The notes below the pieces were generated by a model. The model was not told the origin of the DNA. It did no database searches and saw only the letters and a program-made list of their open reading frames with translations. A stretch of 38,749 bases of DNA, taken from NCBI GenBank assembly GCA_000433415.1, contig FR890536.1, forward strand, positions 26,183 through 64,931, in the 5' to 3' direction. The stretch comes from Clostridium sp. CAG:448 (GTDB taxonomy: Bacteria; Bacillota; Clostridia; Oscillospirales; CAG-272). How positions within the stretch are numbered: the first letter of the stretch is position 1; the number at the start of each line of letters is the position of its first letter. The translations under genes and the position numbers were made by a program. Below, in pieces: positions 31,725 to 38,749 of this stretch.

Positions 31725-32807
31725 TTGAGAAACACGAGGAAATTGCGCTCCGGAACTGTGATTCCGCAGCTGTCGCGCAAAGAGGCGGATGCAAAGGATT
31801 ACCTGACCAGGGGGACTCTGACGCAACTGCACCTGATGCCGACGGGTGAGCCATGCGCATTCGATGTTGCACAGGACGGCAGTATCATTTACTACTTTGA
31901 CCCCCAACGTGTAGCGGAGGCGCCTCCGGAACTCTGGTATTACCCGACTGCCAAAAATGAACGCCTGACGCTGGAAAGCGGGACGGTAATTGAGCGTATG
32001 AGCATCAAGCGGGCAGCGTCCTATGGGTACTATACCAAGGAACGTCTGGAACAGATGAACTACGACGTTGTGGAAGAACCGGTTGCATACAGTCTGCGGC
32101 AGGATAAAACACGGATTTATTTTTATGACAAGAAGACGGCGGTGCGTAAGCCGCTGATGTGTGTGAAATGCGGCAAGTTTGTGCGCTATAAAAAGAAACT
32201 GTGCGAAGCCTGCTTTGCGGAGGATCTTGCCGTGCGGCGCGCCGAGGGGGATGCCCACCGGGATGCCTTCTACCACATGAACAGGGAACGGGTGCTCTTC
32301 TTTGATTTGGAACTGACCGGCGTGTATGATCATGATGAGATCATTTCCATTTCCATTGTCAATGCCAAGGGAGAGGTTGTGATGGATACTTATGTCCATC
32401 CGGTACATAATAAGCGGTGGAAGCGAACCGAGAAGATTCACGGTATCACGCCTGCCATGGTGGCGGATGCGCCGACGCTGGATCAGTTGACACCGCAGAT
32501 CAAAGAAATTTTTGCCGGGGCGGATAATCTGATTGCTTACGGCGTGTCAACGGATTACAGCCATATCAAGTATATCTATCAGACCGAAGCGGAACGCCAG
32601 GAGCTGTTCCGCAAAACGCGGTGCTGTGCCAACGAGTTTGTGCGTTACCAACATGAGCATCACCCTGATCTTTCCCACGCGGCGCTGACGGACGCGATGG
32701 AGTGCTTGGGTATTGCATGGGACGGAATTCCGCATTCTTCGATTGCGGATACCATTGCCTGCATGAAAGTCTGGGAGGCTTTGTTCCCCCATTACTACGA
32801 TTGTTGA
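31725..32807 (+). CDS. DEDDh (DnaQ-like) 3'-5' exonuclease with an uncharacterised N-terminal region of about 190 aa
   Basis: TTG 31725 with GGGAGG 6 nt upstream; the ORF-track ATG 31677 has no SD and sits at the promoter. ExoI VLFFDLELTG, ExoII AYGVSTDYSHI, ExoIII HSSIADT. Central CVKCG...CEAC zinc ribbon. Confidence 0.8.
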   Translation: MRNTRKLRSGTVIPQLSRKEADAKDYLTRGTLTQLHLMPTGEPCAFDVAQDGSIIYYFDPQRVAEAPPELWYYPTAKNERLTLESGTVIERMSIKRAASYGYYTKERLEQMNYDVVEEPVAYSLRQDKTRIYFYDKKTAVRKPLMCVKCGKFVRYKKKLCEACFAEDLAVRRAEGDAHRDAFYHMNRERVLFFDLELTGVYDHDEIISISIVNAKGEVVMDTYVHPVHNKRWKRTEKIHGITPAMVADAPTLDQLTPQIKEIFAGADNLIAYGVSTDYSHIKYIYQTEAERQELFRKTRCCANEFVRYQHEHHPDLSHAALTDAMECLGIAWDGIPHSSIADTIACMKVWEALFPHYYDC

Positions 32808-32846
32808 GTATACTTCTTCCGGAAAAGACGGAAGTGAAAGGAGGAT

Positions 32847-33164
32847 ATGCGGATGGATCGTTTTTTCGGACTGGATAAAGTTGCCTACCATGACCGGGGG
32901 TTGGCTTTTTTGACCACGGTTCACGATAACGTGGAGCTTGCCATTATCCGCAGCATTCTGGAGGGGGAAAATATCCCTTTTCTGTACAAGGAGCGCGGAA
33001 GCGGCGGCGCGGTAAAGGTAATTGCGGGATTTTCCATGTACGGAACGGACGTGTTTGTGCCGGAGGAACTGCTGGAGATAGCCAAGGCGTTGATTACGCC
33101 TGACCCTGACGGAGAAGACGTAGAAGATGTAGAAGACGGGGAGGATGCCTGTGACGACGAATAA
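32847..33164 (+). CDS. DUF2007 domain protein (putative signal-transducing protein) with acidic tail
   Basis: AGGAGG SD; the start is ATG 32847 or 32853. VELAIIRSILEGENIPFLYK...DVFVPEELLEIAKALI fits the DUF2007 pattern as I recall it. The DGEDVEDVEDGED tail overlaps the thiI start. Confidence 0.6.
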   Translation: MRMDRFFGLDKVAYHDRGLAFLTTVHDNVELAIIRSILEGENIPFLYKERGSGGAVKVIAGFSMYGTDVFVPEELLEIAKALITPDPDGEDVEDVEDGEDACDDE

Positions 33165-34338
33165 GGAGATTCTCCTTTGCAAGTACGGTGAGATTGTACT
33201 CAAAGGAGCCAATAAGAAGTATTTTGAAGATGTACTTTGCCGGGAGTTGCGCAAGCGTGCGAAGCGGTATGGGCAGTTCAATATTTACCGGGCGCAGAGC
33301 ACCATTTACATTGAGCCGGAAAACGGGGAATGCGATATTGACGGTATGTTTGATGCCGCCAGAAAGGTGTTCGGTATTGTAACGGTCTGCCGCTGCGGCG
33401 TCTGCGAGAAAAACATGGACGCCGTAAGGGCGCTTGCACGTGCGTACCTGCCGGATTTTCTGCGTGCCTGTAAGACATTCAAAGTGGAGTCAAAGCGCTC
33501 GGACAAGACGTTCCCGCTCAACTCCATGGAGATTTCCGCCGAAATCGGCGGAGAGATTCTTTCCGTGTGTCCGCATCTGCGTGTGGATGTCCGGAATCCG
33601 GATATTGTGGTGCAGGTGGAGGTGCGGGAGTACGGCGCTTATATTCACGCCGGTGCCTTCAAGGGCGCGGGAGGAATTCCGCACGGAACCGGCGGAAATG
33701 CGCTGCTTTTGCTTTCCGGTGGGATTGATTCACCGGTTGCCGGCTATATGATGGCAAAGCGAGGAGTCCGCCTGGAGGCGCTGTATTTTGAATCTTTCCC
33801 TTATACCAGCGAACTGGCGCGTGATAAGGTGGTTCGCCTGGCGCAGGCTGTTTCGGAGTATGCAGGGGATATTTATCTGCATGTGGTTTCTCTGACGCAT
33901 ATTCAGGAGGAACTGGTAAAAAATTGCGAGGAAGATTATTTTACGTTGCTTTTGCGCCGTTATATGATGGCAATCGCGGATAAGATGGCAGATCGCCTGT
34001 ATTGCAGGGCGCTGATTACCGGGGAGAGTCTGGGACAGGTGGCGTCGCAGACGATGGAGGCGCTGAATGTAACGGATCCGCTGGCTACACGGCCGGTTTT
34101 CCGACCCTGTATCGGGATGGACAAAGAAGAGATCATCCAGATTGCGCGGAAAATCGGTACGTTTGATATTTCTATCGAGCCGTATGAGGATTGCTGCACG
34201 GTCTTTACGCCCAGACACCCGCGGACCCGCCCGGAACTTGAAAAGGTACTGGTGCAGGAGCGCAAGCTGGATTTTGATGCTTTGGTGGATGAAGCACTCG
34301 CAAGCGCTTTCCGGATTGCTGTCCGGCAGCCGGACTGA
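33151..34338 (+). CDS. thiI: tRNA 4-thiouridine(8) synthase ThiI
   Basis: GTG 33151 with GGAGG 6 nt upstream. YGEIVLKGANKKYFE (N-terminal ferredoxin-like/THUMP region), PP-loop LLLLSGGIDSPVAGYMMAKRG, ITGESLGQVASQT. Confidence 0.9.
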   Translation: MTTNKEILLCKYGEIVLKGANKKYFEDVLCRELRKRAKRYGQFNIYRAQSTIYIEPENGECDIDGMFDAARKVFGIVTVCRCGVCEKNMDAVRALARAYLPDFLRACKTFKVESKRSDKTFPLNSMEISAEIGGEILSVCPHLRVDVRNPDIVVQVEVREYGAYIHAGAFKGAGGIPHGTGGNALLLLSGGIDSPVAGYMMAKRGVRLEALYFESFPYTSELARDKVVRLAQAVSEYAGDIYLHVVSLTHIQEELVKNCEEDYFTLLLRRYMMAIADKMADRLYCRALITGESLGQVASQTMEALNVTDPLATRPVFRPCIGMDKEEIIQIARKIGTFDISIEPYEDCCTVFTPRHPRTRPELEKVLVQERKLDFDALVDEALASAFRIAVRQPD

Positions 34339-34377
34339 GCGCATTTGCGACAAACAGATCAGACGGAGGATTACATA

Positions 34378-34941
34378 ATGGAACAGAAATATTACCATAT
34401 GAATATTGCGGGATGCGAGCGGGATCTACCGCTGTGTCCGCTCAATGACAAGCTGATGATCGGTGCATTTGTTATTTTCGGGGATCCGGAACTGACCACT
34501 GCCTGCGCAAAGGCTCTGCTTGCGCGTGCACCTGCGTATGATTACATGATTACCGCAGAATCCAAGGGAATTCCGTTGGTACACGAAATGGCGCGCCTGG
34601 ACGGGAACCGCAAATATATGCTGGCACGTAAGGGCGCAAAGCTGTATATGCGCGATACGCTGTGTGTGGATGTCCATTCGATTACCACCGCCGCAGAGCA
34701 GAAGCTTTATCTGGACGGTTATGATGCGGCGCTGATGAAGGGAAAACGGATTCTGATTGTGGACGATGTGGTTTCCACTGGGGAATCCCTGCACGCCATG
34801 GAACAGTTGGTGAGCCGGACGGGGGGAACCGTCTGCGGCAGAATGGCAATTCTTGCCGAGGGAGATGCGCAGAATCGCCCGGATTTGATCTACTTGGAAA
34901 AATTGCCGCTGTTTGATGCGGACGGAAAACCGATCGACTGA
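34378..34941 (+). CDS. type I phosphoribosyltransferase family protein (purine PRT-like)
   Basis: Start trimmed to ATG 34378 (GGAGGA 7 nt upstream). PRPP-binding loop ILIVDDVVSTGESL. ITAESKGIPLV is typical of the APT/XPT-like architecture. Confidence 0.75.
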   Translation: MEQKYYHMNIAGCERDLPLCPLNDKLMIGAFVIFGDPELTTACAKALLARAPAYDYMITAESKGIPLVHEMARLDGNRKYMLARKGAKLYMRDTLCVDVHSITTAAEQKLYLDGYDAALMKGKRILIVDDVVSTGESLHAMEQLVSRTGGTVCGRMAILAEGDAQNRPDLIYLEKLPLFDADGKPID

Positions 34942-34974
34942 TTGGGACGGATACGTACAGAGGAGGAGAAAAAG

Positions 34975-36786
34975 ATGGCTGAATTTTTAAGTGCCGAGGA
35001 CAAGCGCACACATTATTGCGGTACACTGACCGAGGCGGATGTCGGCAAGACAGTCTGTGTCATGGGATGGGCGCAGCGTCAGCGCGATCTGGGCGCACTT
35101 ATTTTCATTGATCTGCGCGACCGCACCGGGATTGTACAGTTGGCATTTGACAGCGAGAGCGACAAGGAAATGTTCGATAAGGCATTCCGTGTCCGGAGCG
35201 AGTTTGTGCTCTGTGCACACGGTGTTGTGCGCGAGAGAGGCGAGGGTGCGGTCAACCCCAATCTGCCAACAGGTAAGATTGAAGTGTTCGTGACCTCTTT
35301 CAAGGTGTTGTCTGCCGCGCAGACCCCTCCGTTTGAGGTTGGAAGCGGCAAGAAGGTCAATGACGATACCGCTCTGCGCTACCGTTATATCGATCTGCGC
35401 CGTCCGGAACTGCAGCGCAATATCAGAATGCGCCACGAAATCGCACGTGTCGCGCGGGAATACTACTACGAAAACGGCTTTTTGGAAATCGAAACGCCCA
35501 TGATGATCAAGCCGACGCCGGAGGGTGCGCGTGACTATGTGGTGCCGTCCCGGATTCATCATGGCTGTATGTATGCCCTGCCGCAGTCGCCGCAGTTGTA
35601 TAAGCAGCTTCTGATGGTAGCCGGCTTTGACCGCTATATCCAGCTTGCAAGATGTTTCCGCGATGAGGACCTGCGTGCCGACCGCCAGCCGGAATTTACA
35701 CAGATCGACCTGGAGATGTCCTTTGCAACACAGGAGGATATCATGGAGATGAACGAAGGATTCATCAAACGGGTGTTCCGGGAGGTGCTCGGTCTGGAGG
35801 TGGAAACGCCCATGCGCCGGATGACCTATGCCGAGGCGCAGGAATCCTACGGCTCGGACAAGCCCGATACCCGTTACGGAATGCTGATCCGGAATCTGAG
35901 CGAAACCGTGCGCGGCAGTGCTTTTCCGGTCTTTGCCGACGCGCTGGCATCCGGCGGCAGTGTGCGCGCAATCGTGGCGGAGAACGGTGCCGCGGCATTA
36001 ACCCGTAAGGAAATCGACAAGCTGACCGAGCATGCCCGCGGCATCGGTGCCAAGGGGTTGGCATATATCCGTTGGGTGGATGCAGCGCCGTCCTGCTCGT
36101 TCTCGAAATTCCTGGGCGAAGGGGAGCTGGAGGCAATCTGCGCGGCGCTCTCCATGAAGCAGGGAGATGTTGCACTGATTGTTGCGGATAAGAATAAGGT
36201 AGTTCTGCCCGTGTTGGGCGCACTGCGTACCATTGTTGCCCGTAAGCTCGACATGATTCCGGAAGGGAAATTCAATTTCCTCTGGATTACCGAGTTCCCG
36301 TTCTTTGAATGGAACGAAGAAACACAGCACTGGGATGCAATGCACCATCCGTTTACCATGCCTCTTGAGGAGTGCCTGCCGTATCTGGAATCCGATCCGG
36401 GGAAAGTACGCGCAAAATGCTATGATATGGTATTGAACGGTACGGAATTGCTTTCCGGCTCCATCCGTATCACGGATTGGCAGCTGCAGGAAAAAATGTT
36501 CAATGCGCTTGGGTTGACGAAAGAAGAGATCAATGCCAAGTTTGGCTTCCTTGTGGATGCCTATAAATACGGTGCGCCGCCACACGGCGGTTCCGGCATG
36601 GGACTTGACCGTCTTGCCATGGTTATGTGCGGTGCGGACAGCCTGCGCGATGTCATCGCCTTCCCGAAGGTGCAGAATGCCAGCGAGCTGATGTCCGGCT
36701 GTCCCGCACCTGCCGATCCGCAGGCGCTCAAAGATCTTGCCATTGCGATTGTGGACGGGGAAGAAGAAGAAAAAAAGAATAGCTGA
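34975..36786 (+). CDS. aspS: aspartate--tRNA ligase
   Basis: Start trimmed to ATG 34975 (GGAGGAG SD). OB fold GWAQRQRDLGALIFIDLRDRTG, motif 2 QLARCFRDEDLRADRQPEFTQID, motif 3 PPHGGSGMGLDRL. Confidence 0.95.
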   Translation: MAEFLSAEDKRTHYCGTLTEADVGKTVCVMGWAQRQRDLGALIFIDLRDRTGIVQLAFDSESDKEMFDKAFRVRSEFVLCAHGVVRERGEGAVNPNLPTGKIEVFVTSFKVLSAAQTPPFEVGSGKKVNDDTALRYRYIDLRRPELQRNIRMRHEIARVAREYYYENGFLEIETPMMIKPTPEGARDYVVPSRIHHGCMYALPQSPQLYKQLLMVAGFDRYIQLARCFRDEDLRADRQPEFTQIDLEMSFATQEDIMEMNEGFIKRVFREVLGLEVETPMRRMTYAEAQESYGSDKPDTRYGMLIRNLSETVRGSAFPVFADALASGGSVRAIVAENGAAALTRKEIDKLTEHARGIGAKGLAYIRWVDAAPSCSFSKFLGEGELEAICAALSMKQGDVALIVADKNKVVLPVLGALRTIVARKLDMIPEGKFNFLWITEFPFFEWNEETQHWDAMHHPFTMPLEECLPYLESDPGKVRAKCYDMVLNGTELLSGSIRITDWQLQEKMFNALGLTKEEINAKFGFLVDAYKYGAPPHGGSGMGLDRLAMVMCGADSLRDVIAFPKVQNASELMSGCPAPADPQALKDLAIAIVDGEEEEKKNS

Positions 36787-36814
36787 GTTGTTTTGGCGCA
36801 TTTTGCGTGACGGG

Positions 36815-36866
36815 AAGCACACCTGCGAGAGAGAGGAGTATCTCTTTGGGCGGGTGTGCTTTTTGC
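36815..36866 (+). terminator. intrinsic terminator after aspS
   Basis: AAGCACACC (36815-36823) pairs with GGTGTGCTT (36853-36861), followed by TTTGCC. There is an inner AGAGAG/CTCTTT sub-stem. Confidence 0.75.
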
Positions 36867-36944
36867 CTGTATGCGGACACGCAGAGCATATCCGCCCTTT
36901 GTTTTTCATATATTGCTATGAAATCGGAAAGCGGGGGTAAGCAA

Positions 36945-38749
36945 ATGAACGGAATCGGGGAAAGAAAAGGAGTCAACGGATTTTCCCGCGGGGATCTGCA
37001 CAAGGGGCTGACGGACAGCGAGGTAGCGGCGTCACGCGCGGCACATGGCGATAACGGATTGCGCGCGCACAAAGGAAAAAGCTTTGGGGCAAGGTTCCTT
37101 GCAAATCTCGGGGATCCCGTCATCAAAATTCTTTTGTGTGCGTTGGCGGTCAATGTGCTTTTTTTGTTCCGGAACGCCAATTGGTTTGAAACGGGTGGAA
37201 TTGCCGTTTCGGTATTTCTTGCAACGTTGATTTCCACGCTTTCGGAGTACGGCTCTGAGGCGGCGTTCCGTCGGCTTTCGGAGGCATGTGGTAGGCAATT
37301 CTGCCGTGTGTTCCGCAACGGAGACGTTTGTGAGATTCCCATGACGGAGGTGGTCGTCGGGGATCTTGTTTCTCTTTGTGCCGGGGAGCAGATTCCGGCT
37401 GACGGAGTATTGGTGCGCGGAAGGATCAGTGTAGACCAGTCCGCTATGACGGGTGAGGGCAGAGAAGTGGAAAAGTGCCCGTTATCCAGGGACCAACATG
37501 AGCGGTTGCCAAGCTCTCAGAATGCGGTTTTCCGTGGCTGTACGGTTCTTTCCGGCGAGGGCGAGATGGCAGTGGAGCGGGTGGGGGATGCCACCTTTTT
37601 GGGAGAGATCTCCAAGGAGGTGCAAATGGATACCCGCGAGAGCCCTTTGCGGATTCGTCTCGGAAAGCTTGCCCGTCAGATCAGCCGATTGGGGTATTGC
37701 GCCGCCATTTTGGTTGCGGTGGTTTTCCTTATCAACGCTTTTGTACTGGACAGCGGATTTGACCGTACCGTTATCATGGAAAAGCTGACCGACCTGCCGT
37801 ATGTCGTGGGAACGCTTTTGCATGCCTTTATGTTGGGATTGACCGTTGTGGTCATGGCGGTGCCGGAGGGGCTGCCGCTGATGGTCGCCGTGGTGCTCTC
37901 CTCGAATATCCGTCGCATGATGCGGGATCATGTTCTGGTACGAAAACCCGTTGGAATTGAGGCGGCGGGCAGCATGAATATCCTGTTTACAGATAAGACG
38001 GGTACATTGACCGAAGGCGTTCTGTCGGTGGGGAAGATCTGTACAGGAGACGGAAAGTGTTTTCCGGATGTGGCTGCGTTTTCGGCGGGGGGAGGGGCTT
38101 GTTTTACCTCCTACCGTGAAAGCTGTATGCTCAATACTGCCGCACAACCGGGCAAGAATGCCGCAGGGAATATCTGCGCTTTAGGGGGAAATGCGACAGA
38201 CCGTGCATTGCTTGCATCGGTGCTTCCGGCTGTCGGAGAAAAGACGGACGGGGGAGCGGGGTATGCCATTGCCAAGATTCCTTTTGACAGCGCAAAAAAA
38301 TTTTCCGCAGCGCAGACTGCGGAAGGAAAAGTATGGTTGAAAGGTGCCCCGGATCTGTTGCTCCCGCATATCCGATACCGGATGGACAGCAATGGTGCGC
38401 GTATCCGCTGCGGCGGGAATGAGGCAGAGAGAATATTGCGGAGAATGCTGAAGAACGGGGAGCGCGTCCTTCTTGTGGCAATGAGCGAGGGCGGCATGCA
38501 GACTCTGCGCGGCGGAACTTTCGGTGCACTGACGCTGATCTGTTTTGTGACGCTGGAAGACCGTCTCCGACCGGAGGCGCCCGGTGCGGTCAGGTCTTTG
38601 CGTGATGCCGGCATTCACGTGGTGATGATGACCGGTGACAGCCGCGAAACGGCAGGTAATATTGCAACACGCTGCGGCATTCTCGGTGACGGTGTGGATA
38701 TGGTGCTGGACAGTGCGGAGCTGGCAACGCTTTCCGACAGTCGCCTGCG
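36945..38749 (+). CDS. P-type cation-transporting ATPase, Ca2+-ATPase-like (5' part; continues past right edge)
   Basis: Absent from the ORF track because there is no stop in the window. The frame is open from ATG 36945 (alternative ATG 36918) to the edge. GLTDSEVAASRAAHGDNGL, TGE motif SAMTGEG, AVPEGLPL, phosphorylation site DKTGTLT (37992-38012), MMTGDSRETAGNIA. Confidence 0.9.
   Translation, partial: MNGIGERKGVNGFSRGDLHKGLTDSEVAASRAAHGDNGLRAHKGKSFGARFLANLGDPVIKILLCALAVNVLFLFRNANWFETGGIAVSVFLATLISTLSEYGSEAAFRRLSEACGRQFCRVFRNGDVCEIPMTEVVVGDLVSLCAGEQIPADGVLVRGRISVDQSAMTGEGREVEKCPLSRDQHERLPSSQNAVFRGCTVLSGEGEMAVERVGDATFLGEISKEVQMDTRESPLRIRLGKLARQISRLGYCAAILVAVVFLINAFVLDSGFDRTVIMEKLTDLPYVVGTLLHAFMLGLTVVVMAVPEGLPLMVAVVLSSNIRRMMRDHVLVRKPVGIEAAGSMNILFTDKTGTLTEGVLSVGKICTGDGKCFPDVAAFSAGGGACFTSYRESCMLNTAAQPGKNAAGNICALGGNATDRALLASVLPAVGEKTDGGAGYAIAKIPFDSAKKFSAAQTAEGKVWLKGAPDLLLPHIRYRMDSNGARIRCGGNEAERILRRMLKNGERVLLVAMSEGGMQTLRGGTFGALTLICFVTLEDRLRPEAPGAVRSLRDAGIHVVMMTGDSRETAGNIATRCGILGDGVDMVLDSAELATLSDSRL

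Noticed and set aside
1-38749. CRISPR arrays, tRNA/rRNA genes, transposases, integrases, prophage or known defence-system genes
   Set aside because: Reading through both strands, I found no regularly spaced direct repeats and no cloverleaf-like or rRNA-like segments. I also found no ORFs with recombinase, transposase or defence-associated motifs. The region looks like a contiguous native core chromosome.

Overview
This is a 38.7-kb, moderately GC-rich chromosomal segment that reads like core genome of a spore-forming Firmicute (Clostridia-like). It has strong GGAGG Shine-Dalgarno sites, many near-consensus TTGACA-17-TATAAT promoters, hairpin plus T-run terminators, and a spoIIAA-spoIIAB-sigF operon. 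I call 36 protein-coding loci. Two are truncated by the window edges and absent from the ORF track: a membrane protein at 1..599 (minus strand) and a P-type Ca-ATPase-like gene from 36945 to the right edge. Recognisable genes are: CotH-family lipoprotein, nagA, metG, tatD, an EF-G2-like paralogue, spoIIAA/AB/sigF, an OppD/OppF-type ATPase pair, an AroE-AroK-like fusion, mntP behind a yybP-ykoY Mn riboswitch, dusB, an ECF sigma module, a MATE exporter, archaeal-type proS, a SEDS protein (RodA/FtsW/SpoVE), a DUF4830 protein, a small lipoprotein, birA, rbsK, comFC-like, citrate synthase, a DEDDh exonuclease, a DUF2007 protein, thiI, a phosphoribosyltransferase and aspS. I saw no rRNA, tRNA, CRISPR array, transposase, integrase, phage or recognisable defence genes. 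I do not see a convincing self-contained novel system, and this looks like an ordinary housekeeping region. The items most worth a second look are: (1) a one-base frame break in the first gene of an orphan OppD/OppF pair that has no permease or binding-protein partner; (2) an AroE-AroK-like fusion whose kinase P-loop and other catalytic motifs look degenerate; (3) a dusB-ECF sigma-membrane protein-pseudo-receiver OmpR-like operon with overlapping reading frames; (4) an in-frame 18-bp tandem duplication inside proS; (5) an exonuclease with an internally repeated N-terminal region and a zinc ribbon; (6) several small uncharacterised membrane or zinc-ribbon genes. All functional calls rest on motif recognition by eye and recalled family signatures. 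No database search was run.
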